Below are positions 37,601-46,656 of a DNA stretch of 64,000 bases, piece by piece. This stretch comes from Anthoceros angustus (taxonomy: Eukaryota; Plantae; Anthocerotophyta): the NCBI GenBank assembly GCA_010909165.1, contig MU008158.1, forward strand, positions 3,738,809-3,802,808, given 5' to 3'. Every line of letters begins with the position of its first letter. Positions within the stretch are counted from its first letter, which is position 1. The translations under genes were made by a program, and so were the position numbers. The notes beneath the pieces were generated by a model. It had not been told where the DNA came from. It searched no databases and was given only the letters and a program-made list of their open reading frames with translations.

Positions 37601-38970
37601 GATGTCTATGACAGGCTTCACGGTAGGCACTGGTAGTCTCTACACGACTAAAGCTGGTAACTGACTTCACTTGTTCCCAGGACACCAGTTCAGTAATGTG
37701 TCCCTTGCAGGAAAGACAGCATCGGCAAATCCACTTGCCTGGTCGGAAAGGAAAAGCATTATCATAGAAGTAGCAGAAGGTAAGGAAGGTTGATCAAACT
37801 GCACCTGCATTGCTGCCGTCGGTTTCGTCATGCTGAAGTCCGTGATCCTCACCTTTGAGCAGCTCTTGAGTATCTCCACCAGGGGTGCAATTTGTGCATC
37901 ATTCATCGGGATGTGAAGAGCAAAAACGTCCTCCTTTCGGAAACAACGAAAGCAAAAGTGGCAGATTTTGGACTCTCAAGGCTTAAGTCCACGGAAGAGC
38001 AGGAGGCCACCCACATCACGACAACAGTGAAAGGCACCACCGGTTATCTTGATCCCGAGTAGGAGATCTCAGCCCTGCTTAAGTATCCTCTCCACATGTG
38101 CCCTTACCAAAAGTTTGCTGGCCTTCATCCTGACGGCAATTCTATGTTGCAGGTATTACGTTACCAAGAAGCTCACAGAGAAGAGTGATGTGTATGGCTT
38201 CGGTATCCTTATGATGGAGATAATATGCGGCAGAGCTCCAGTTATTCGCAGCCTCCCAATAGAGCAGATGTATATTGCTGATTCTGTAAGATAAGCTCCT
38301 CTTCAGCCAGTCGACATTTCTGTCTTGATGAGCTGCAAAGCACATGGAAAGCACGCTGACAAGGATTTCGGTTGTGCATCAGGTACGGACAGCTTGGAAG
38401 GCTAAAGCCCTGGAAGACATAGTCGACCCCAACCTGCAGGGCAACTTTGAGGACGAGACCTTGTACAATCTTGTCAACCTGGCTCTGTGGTGTGTAGAGC
38501 ATACCAGTAAACGAAGACCCTCCATGACAGAAGTGGTACAGGAGCTACGCCAGTTTGGTCTAGAGCCATCAGCGTCCTTGAGCTGGAGCATGAGAAATAT
38601 GAAGATTTGCAGTTGTGGACAGTTTGGATGTGACAACGAGGATCATCATCCGTTCTCCAGCAGTGACTCCGAGTCCTCCATCTCGGAGGTCTCCATTCAG
38701 CTCAGTATCCGCCAAGATGAGGAGGCCTCTCCTGACGGTGAAATTTCATCCCTCCGATTGAGTAACCCTACCCAGGCAACCATCGAGAGCACCAGCAGCA
38801 ACACTCTGATCACAACAGCGAGTGTTAAAGAGGACGCTCAGGATTCAGTCTGCAGCGAGGCCGTGGAATGCAACCTTGAGGAAGCTAAGCACATAGGTGG
38901 AAAGTCGATTTGGAGGACACTGGTGAACCGGACAGCCCAAATTTTCCACAAAAAACGAGAATCGCAATGA
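34608..38970 (+). CDS. Malectin-like domain LRR receptor-like kinase 3 (active RD kinase); multi-exon
   Basis: Signal peptide; GFTSINCGG; [13 protein letters not shown]; [10 protein letters not shown]; WLGDPCLP; three LRR exons; TM; [30 protein letters not shown]; Ser/Glu-rich C-terminal tail. Confidence 0.93.
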
Positions 38971-39951
38971 GAGAGGGACTTTACCTTGTCGAAGTCCGCT
39001 ACAACCGCGATTCTCCCCTCACAGCAGATACACGACAAGATTAGAACCTTCTTCGGGAGCCCTTTCACGACAACCGTATACATACCTCCCCCACTTCTGC
39101 GTTTGAAAACAGGAGACAGGTTCTGAGCAGATTGTTTTACTCAGCGTGCGTTTACTCAGAGTATCAGGAACAGTGTGTGTCCAAACGCCAAAAGGCGACA
39201 GAAGTAAGCTCACTGGAGGATTTCCAAGCTGGTTGAACAGTTTTTCCACCCTCACAGTATTGTGAGAGTCTGGATCGTGTAACCTACTGGGTTTTCTACT
39301 GCGCAATCTGCTCCGCGATTGACAGATACAACTCCTGCTTGTACAGATGCCTCAAACAATGACTATCAGGCACCTATCTCAAGCACTGGTCAAGATCCTC
39401 GGTAAGAACTATAGGTACTTCGACCCCAGCTTTTGGGTCGTCACAGGAGGTGGCTGCTACAGTGATTTGCTATTGTGATGTGCATTCAGCTATTGTGTTT
39501 CAGACTCGTGTCTCCTCAGGTATTTCGGAAACAGCAGGCCATGCAGCTCAGAGGACCCGAAATGCTCAGAGAAACAGACATTGAAGGCCCCACTTTGGAG
39601 GACGTGGGTGAAGTAGTCATTCTAGTAATTATTTTGAGTCCCGTCATCTACATAACTTTGCCGTCAAATTCTTCTACAAATGGTAAGGACTGGCGGACGT
39701 TTGTGTTTCATTTCCTTTCACATGGCAAGGAATGGGCTCTCAGTATGGTGTACGGAATGCTGAGTTTTAAAAAAATCTGTCTAGAACATGTGGTCCCACC
39801 ATTGGGAGTGCCCCAAGTATTAAAATGGTTTTTTCAAATCATCCTCCTGCCTACGTACCAAATACACACATGTTAGGTTAGGGGTGCATTAGGGTTTGAT
39901 GGCCAGCGTTGACCTTGTTAACACATGGACATGCTGACATATTGACAATGC

Positions 39952-40080
39952 AAGAAGATGAAGAAGAATTTTATTTCAGCAAGGGTTGCTTGTATGGCAT
40001 ACCAAAGAGGACATAGGGGATGGGGCATTAAGCATCTTGAAGAATATACCCCTGAAGGTATAAAGGTGCACCCTCACAAC
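39952..40080 (-). mobile_element. Second AATAAA+(TTC)n-tailed fragment
   Basis: Minus strand reads ...gaaataaaattcttcttcatcttcttg, the same tail junction as at 16440-16462. Confidence 0.3.
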
Positions 40081-41294
40081 ACATGCTGAAATGTCCCGCT
40101 TTGGCGCCCTAACCAAGAGCGGCCAAGCACCAAAGGAGACACAACTCTTTCTCTTCCAAACGTGTGTGTGCTTGAAAATGTTTCAATCCTTGCAACTTGA
40201 AAACAAAGAGGCACTGTGGTTTGACAAACCTCGACGCCTGCCTGCCTCGCCCTTGGTCGTCCCACCCAGTGTGCGTGCCTCGCCCCTACCTGCCCCGCCC
40301 AGCCTGCGTTCCTCGCCCCCGCCCCAAATCCTGCTCCCACATTGCTAGAAGACGAACCCTAAAAACGGCCACTGCAAAATGGCCGCGGTGGCTTGCCGCA
40401 GCCACGTGGCGCACGCCTAAACTCGAACACAACGTCTGAAAATAAATTTCCTTGTTGCGTGTGCACGAAGAAACCATATTGCGGAAAAAAAAGGGAGTTC
40501 CGTTTGTGTGTACCAGTGCTCGCGAAGTGGCCGTTTTGGTGCATCCGCTTTGGGCTACCTCATTTCGGCTGGATTACCAAACCGGACACAAGAAAGCTGT
40601 GTGGTACAAAGAAAAGTTTTGCAAGCGAAAATAGTGCCCCGTCCCCTCTGTCCTTTGGTATGCCATACTTGGTACACCATGCCTGAGGATATTGAAGGCT
40701 GTTGCAGGTCTACTTGATAGGGATTACCAGAAGCTTCAGGCGCGAGGGACAGAGCTTAGCCTCTTTGCCTAGTTGAAGTCTGAAAGGCAACCAAAAAGGT
40801 TCCTCAAATCCTCCTCCTGGCGTACCGAATGCAAAGATCTCAAAATATTTCTACACAATGGGTTAGGGTTGCATTAGGGTTTATATTTTCGTTATTAACC
40901 TTGTTTGGTCATGTTCTATGTTGAACAAAAGTCAGCTTCGGGACGTCTTAAGTCAATTATGGGCACCTGCGTACTTCAAATGTCGGGAATCACATGACAT
41001 ATTTTGTATTCAACGCCCGTGTTGATGGCTCCTATGTGAAATTCCTAAACCATAAACCCACCGTGTGAACACGACAAATTTGAAGTTAGATCCCAAAAAA
41101 CAAAATTCAAAAGCGGTAGGCGAGGTAGGCTAGGCACGCGGAACGCGCACTTGAACTTGAACCGTGGAAAGAAACCTTGCACACCATATGAAACTGTATA
41201 ATAAAAATTCATAAATATTTAATATCAATTGATAAAAAGATTTACAGACTTATCGGAAATAGAGACTACATAAAAAACTTTATCGGTGCACCGG

Positions 41295-41569
41295 GTACAC
41301 CATAGGTACGCACAGCAGCCGGCACCATCACCTTCAACAACTATGACTTAAAACAGAGCAAGTGGGCCATCCGGTAGCGCCTCCTCATCTCACAAGGCAG
41401 CGTAGGTGACCACCCACTTTGCGCACTTGGCCACCCATGAGATGCAACCACAACAGAAAGCAATAGTAGTGGACTGTCAGCCAACTCACGTACAATCTTT
41501 GCTCCTTTTCGCCATGCATGACATTCCATGCAGAGCACGGTACATGGACGGCTGTATGTACCTATGTAC
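41295..41569. promoter_or_regulatory. GTAC (CuRE/SBP-binding core) cluster, 6 copies
   Basis: GTAC at 41295, 41306, 41490, 41540, 41558 and 41566; about 1 would be expected in 275 bp at uniform base composition. Function not shown. Confidence 0.45.
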
Positions 41570-41859
41570 CGTCAGTCAAGACGGAGTGCCATTGCCAAGG
41601 ATAAGGATGCTGGAGCCTGGAACCCCTGATACGAGGGTCCTGATTATAGCAAGTCACTTCACCATCACCACTTGCAACTAGAATGTCTGGGGCAGATTCT
41701 CGTCGTCTTTGCAGAATCACACTGTTTCTCATCAGACTAGAAAAATCTGCATGGGGAAAGCAAACCTGTCCTGTCCGAGATGACACATCCTATCAGGTAT
41801 TCCAGATATGGAGACGTGACAGCAAGTGGAACACACAACAACACAGTCCTCTGTTGGCC

Positions 41860-42040
41860 CTACACGGTGGTCGCTGTTGATACTGTACGTTGCCCTTACT
41901 GTTGCTTGTTGCTGTATCCAGTTCTGAGCACCACCACCTCAGCTGGTCCTTTTATGTGGTAGCCCTGATGAGCCCACCAAAGCCAATGCTGCAACGGTGA
42001 GCAGCATGTCCCACAACAACCATCCACCACTGTGCTGTAG
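41860..42040 (+). ncRNA. Candidate structured RNA / pre-miRNA-like hairpin
   Basis: Five helices on one diagonal: 41860-64/42036-40, 41863-71/42026-34, 41875-79/42014-18, 41885-92/42002-09, 41895-905/41991-42001. G.U wobbles work only on the + strand. An inner ccag..ctgag/ctcag..ctgg stem is also present. Judged by eye; no match to a known miRNA recognised. Confidence 0.4.
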
Positions 42041-42920
42041 AATCCGAGGCTTCCAGACCAGCAAGCTGCTACGGGACAAGAATCAACAAAGCATCATCGA
42101 AGCACTGATGAAACCAGTGCAACAACCAGCCGCAGCAGCAAGAGCACATTCTGTCCGTTTGATGTGATGTCCACGTGGAGCATCTCCTTTCTTCAGCACC
42201 GGCTACGGCGTCCCTGACTCTCGCATGAAGACATTTGCCACCTCCAATATCCATCACCACCAACCAAGTTAGCCAAGATAGGGTTGGTGTCCTCAACAAG
42301 AAGTGGGCCAGGGCTTAATGGAACAAATGCCAAGCAAGGCCTCTCTGCCAATCGGCTCTTGGCTGCCTTGCAAACAGCGGAAATCACGGTCCCAGATGCA
42401 GACACAGGCTGCACGGAATGTGTACTTCCATCTTGGCTACAGATACTTTAGTACAAGAAGACCCTGGAAGGTCAGCCGTAGAGCTTCTTCGTTTTACTAA
42501 GAGCATCTTCGTCAAGTTGACTGCACCAGCATTCTAAGTCCTCAATCAAGAACACATCCTACATGAAAGAGCAGCCAAAATATGACATTCAGCAGATGAG
42601 GCAGCTGCAGAAATTACATCACACAAAACTTTGACGAGCAGTAGTCCTGACTGTGGAAGCCCATAAAGGGCAGATGAATTGAGGTCCTGGCATTTGCCAG
42701 GACTTGAAAGGACGCCATGCTGCTAGCACCACGTATTTGTGGTGCTGCACATCACAAGACAGCAACCTCCACAGAGACGTGGCTGCCATTCTAACAAACC
42801 ACCCATCCTCAGGAGGAGGCTGCAACCCTTGCGTATGATAACCCCAAATCACACATTTCTAGAATGGCAGAATATTTGCTTGCCAAACAAATCTCTGAGA
42901 CTGTATGCTGTACAAAGAGC

Positions 42921-44645
42921 CTAGCTATCTGACGACCTGACTGAATCTTTGGGAAGTTGCAAGCTCACAATATCCTCACGGGGGAGGCCGCCCCCAAACA
43001 ACTCTACTTCAGTTTGGTCAGCGCCGGGATCCTCCTCCGCTCTCCTAGCATCGCTCTCATCCACCGGAAGCAGGTAAGTCACCTCCCTGTCTGTCCGGAA
43101 TGCCAGATACCCGATTCCACCCAAGTACACAAGAATTCCAGAGAAGCCACTAATCCCAATCAAAGCCTTCCAGGCAACATGGATTCCGAGACGAATCAGC
43201 CAGCCGACGAAAGCAGTGGACAGGTAGTAGATGTTCACCGTCATGATCGCAAACCCAATCATCCAGGTGGTGACCGCAATAACCCTAGAGTTCTTGTGAG
43301 GCCCCATCTTGACTGCACTGCTGGTGAACTTGAGCAGAGGCAGCAGGGCAAAGGGCAGCTCGAAGGACAAAATCATGGAGGATATGATGATGAGCCTTCC
43401 AGCACCCTTAGACCCCGAGATGATAGCCACAATCAAACTGGGCACGATGGCCACACACCTGGTGAACAAATTCCGGAGCCAGGGTTTGATCCGCAAGTTG
43501 AGAAACCCCTGCATCACAAACTGCCCCGCATACGTCCCAGTGATGGTAGAGCTCTGCCCCGACGCCAGCAGGGCAATAGCGAACAGAGTAGAGCTCCACC
43601 TCCCCAACACATTCCTGAGCAAAAAAGAAGCCCTGTTGAGATCCAGGTCGTCGCAGCGGCTCCGGTTCTCCTCCGACAAGCCCTGGCTCCCGCACACAGC
43701 CCCGGACACGGAGATGACGGACACGTTAATCAAGAAGGCGAGAAACAGCGCAAATGCGCTCTCCAGCATGTAGTACCGGCATCCGTCCTTGATCCCCCGG
43801 AGGGAGCGGGGGATCTTCCTGGACAGCACCAACGCGGAGTGGAGGAAGAGGTTGTGCGGCATGACCATGGCCCCCAGCAGCGAGATGGCGAGCCCCGTGG
43901 CCCCGCTGCCCTGCAGCCGGGGCACGAACATGCCCTTCAACACCTCCCCGGGGTCCGGCTTCGCGTATCCCAGCTCCACGAAGAAGCAGCCCGCCATGGT
44001 GAAGACCAGCAAAGCGATGAGGATCTCCAGCTTCCGCACCCCGTACTGCTGCAGCGCGAGCAGGATGAGCGTGCTGAGCCCCGTGAGCAGCACCCCCGCC
44101 CACACCGGGATACTGAAGAGCATGTTGAGCCCGTACGCCGTGCCGATCACCTCAGGGATGTCGGAAGCCACGATCGCCACCTCCGCCACCACCCACAGAG
44201 CGTAGTTCACCCGCCTCGGGTACTCGGCCCGGCAATGCTCCGCCAGATGCTTCCCCGTCACCACCCCGAGGTTGGCCGCCAGCATCTGGATCACCAGCGC
44301 GGAGCAGGACGCCACCAGGATCACCCACAGCAACTCGTACTGGTACTGAGCTCCCGACTGCAGATCGCTCTCGAAATTCCCCGGGTCGATGTAGGCGATG
44401 GCCACCAGGAAGCCCGGCCCCAGGTACGCCAGGAACTGCTTCCATCCCCGCTTCTCCGGCACGTGCACCAGGCTCTTGCCCTCCTGCTCCTCATCCCCCG
44501 CCACTGGCCCTCCCGTGCTGCTGCTCCTCTGCTGCTGCTGCTGCTGCTGGTTGTGCGGATGGAGAGGGTTTGTGCCGGCGAAATGCGGCGGCGAGGCGCT
44601 GCCGCTGCTGCCGCCGCCGCCGCTGCCGCCGCCAAATGGGGCCAT
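42921..44645 (-). CDS. NRAMP: NRAMP family divalent metal transporter (AtNRAMP1/OsNRAMP5-type clade), intronless, 574 aa
   Basis: [54 protein letters not shown]-terminal [12 protein letters not shown]. Single uninterrupted ORF; start chosen as the first in-frame ATG downstream of the TATA box. Confidence 0.96.
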   Translation of the reverse strand: MAPFGGGSGGGGSSGSASPPHFAGTNPLHPHNQQQQQQQRSSSTGGPVAGDEEQEGKSLVHVPEKRGWKQFLAYLGPGFLVAIAYIDPGNFESDLQSGAQYQYELLWVILVASCSALVIQMLAANLGVVTGKHLAEHCRAEYPRRVNYALWVVAEVAIVASDIPEVIGTAYGLNMLFSIPVWAGVLLTGLSTLILLALQQYGVRKLEILIALLVFTMAGCFFVELGYAKPDPGEVLKGMFVPRLQGSGATGLAISLLGAMVMPHNLFLHSALVLSRKIPRSLRGIKDGCRYYMLESAFALFLAFLINVSVISVSGAVCGSQGLSEENRSRCDDLDLNRASFLLRNVLGRWSSTLFAIALLASGQSSTITGTYAGQFVMQGFLNLRIKPWLRNLFTRCVAIVPSLIVAIISGSKGAGRLIIISSMILSFELPFALLPLLKFTSSAVKMGPHKNSRVIAVTTWMIGFAIMTVNIYYLSTAFVGWLIRLGIHVAWKALIGISGFSGILVYLGGIGYLAFRTDREVTYLLPVDESDARRAEEDPGADQTEVELFGGGLPREDIVSLQLPKDSVRSSDS

Positions 44646-44764
44646 GATCGATTCTCGATCTGACCGGTCTGCTCTGCCTCTCCTTCTTGGGCTGCTTCTG
44701 GCTTGAGCGAAGATCGAGGGATGAAGAGAATCACCCGCCTCGGGGCCGAGCAAGCGTGACGCCC

Positions 44765-44779
44765 TCAAGCGGTCCGCAT
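44765..44779 (-). promoter_or_regulatory. uORF2 (MRTA*) in predicted NRAMP 5' UTR
   Basis: ATG CGG ACC GCT TGA between the TATA box and the main ATG. Confidence 0.5.
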
Positions 44780-44826
44780 CTCGGGATCGCGCAAACCGCC
44801 TGGGCGCCTGGCTGCCGGGGAAAGGC

Positions 44827-44856
44827 TCACATCGGCATGGCCATGGGCATGGGCAT
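44827..44856 (-). promoter_or_regulatory. uORF1 MPMPMAMPM* (five in-frame AUGs ending AUG-UGA) in predicted NRAMP 5' UTR
   Basis: ATG CCC ATG CCC ATG GCC ATG CCG ATG TGA, about 70 nt downstream of TATATAA. Confidence 0.65.
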
Positions 44857-44925
44857 CGGCGATCCGAGGCTGGCCGGTGCTGCCTGCGAATGTGCGAATG
44901 CCCCCTGCAGATAAGGCCTGCTCTC

Positions 44926-45128
44926 TTATATAGGGTAGGGCGAAACTGACAAACTGGTTTGGGCAGCATGCGCCCGGCCCAAGGTGGTGCCCGCCCGCGC
45001 TTGCCAGTAACCTTCTCACCTGCTACCACTGGTCGACATGCACGACTGCAGTCCGCGGTCCGCGGCCCGCGGCCCACGGGACGCAGGGCAAGGGCAAACG
45101 AATCCAACTGTACACTGTACATATGTAC
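44926..45128 (-). promoter_or_regulatory. NRAMP core promoter: TATA box and triple GTAC cluster
   Basis: cccTATATAAg at 44926-44932; GTAC at 45110, 45117 and 45125 (three within 19 bp). Confidence 0.6.
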
Positions 45129-46497
45129 TTTGGACGCTTGCACTGACGGCCTCTCAACCTGAGTTGTATGGAATTGCATTAAAGCGCCCCCAGATTTATG
45201 ATAATCAGCACATTTATCTTGTTCCATACGTAGACGTTATTAGGTAGGTATCGGCATTTGTGAATTTGCAATGCGATACCCGCAAAAACATAATGTGCAT
45301 TGCGATGCACGCACAGGTTTTGTTGTTGTTGCTGGCAAGCATGCGAGTGCGTTGGACATCTTCAGCGATTTCACAGCTGAGAGGAAATCGGATCGGGCTG
45401 CCACTGCTGGCTGAGTTCCAGGTGGTGCACGCTGCAGACTGGACATTATGGACACCTGGACCGTACATTATTGCAATAGAAAGAGCAACTGCATCCTTCC
45501 AATTTCCTGTGCGCCATGCTCGCGACTGCACACTTAGGGTTACCTCCTGGCCTTGAAAAGCTCTCTACACCAGGTCCTGAGCAAGCTCAAGTTTGGAGCA
45601 TGGAAATCGAAGGTGCAGCTCGATCTTGCTGTTCCGAGTGCAGATGAGAGCTAATGAGAAGCGGCAGCGGCAGCTGCAGGAGCGCCATGGAGGCTATCCT
45701 GGAAGCTGCAGCAGCCTGCTACCCGCTCTGATTCCACCAGAGCGAACGCCACTGAAACCAGGCTGTGAGCCTGACCGGCTGCCTCCACACGGTCGCCAGT
45801 CCAACTTCCAACTGCAGTCGGCCGCCCGAATCGACAGCGCACGGATGCCTCTTCAGAAATTCGATCACGGAAGTGGCGGTTCCTCGGAGGACAACTGTGC
45901 GTTGTTTTTATTTTTTTTAATTTAATATTTTGAAAATATATCGGGGACAGGCAGGGTATGAACTATGAAGCCCTTGAATCGTGTGGCGAATCGATTCGCC
46001 GGGTGCTACACTGGTGAGATAAATCGTACAGTAGTGTGGACGAGGACGCCACACGCTCACAGTGACGCCCCACGCTCCCTGCGCAAGCAGGCTCCTCCCA
46101 TCGGCGGCATTAGCCTGGCACATCATCTCTCTCAGTCCAGGAACGATTCTAAAATGTTATTAAATCTGCACACCTAATTACGAAGTACTTAGCAGCACAC
46201 ATGGAGACCAGTGTGCACTGCACTGCCCCAGCACAGATGGAACCAGAGCGCAGAAAATGCGAAAATTGGAATCGGAGTCGAAAATTTTATTGATCATTTT
46301 TGTGCTCTAAAAAAGGGGTGCTAGGCTAGCCCTACAGTTATAAATGGCAAGTGACAGGTTCACCCGTTGATCGGGTCAACTGTCATGTGACCCTGACTGG
46401 ATACAAAGTTCCCGTCTGTGAGATAAGGCTTCACGGTGAAGAAATCTCCCCTTCGCTCAGGGATCGGGTTTCTCCATCCGCGCTTCAGGATCGTCAT

Positions 46498-46552
46498 CGG
46501 GATCGGGATCGGGATCGGGGTTGGGACCAGGACCGGGACCGGGACCGGGACC
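46498..46552 (+). repeat. (CGGGAT)n/(GGGACC)n hexamer microsatellite upstream of RLK4
   Basis: cgggatcgggatcgggatcgggg...ggaccaggaccgggaccgggaccgggacc. Confidence 0.9.
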
Positions 46553-46656
46553 GACTCCAGCTCGGGCTATCCGCGATTCGAATGCCCAGAAAGAGGAATG
46601 CGCGCTCTGACGGCGGCATCTGAGGATCTGCTGTCCCCCCGTCGGCGCCCATTCCC

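Noticed and set aside
41987-42010. Hairpin 3' arm as a miRNA targeting NRAMP (shares GTGAGCAGCA with 44083-44092)
   Set aside because: Only 10 contiguous matches plus 5, with central mismatches; far below plant miRNA targeting standards.
42957-44663. 568-aa + strand ORF
   Set aside because: Antisense shadow of the GC3-rich NRAMP coding sequence.
44646-45227. 768-aa NRAMP ORF with a 194-aa N-terminal extension
   Set aside because: It runs through the TATA box and promoter motifs and has no transporter similarity; it is probably open because the region is GC-rich. ATG 44645 is preferred.
45651-45842. IRON MAN/FEP-like peptide (contains APAA) upstream of NRAMP
   Set aside because: Lacks the Asp-rich G-D-D-D...Y-D-Y-A-P-A-A terminus; the Ala run derives from a GCN repeat.
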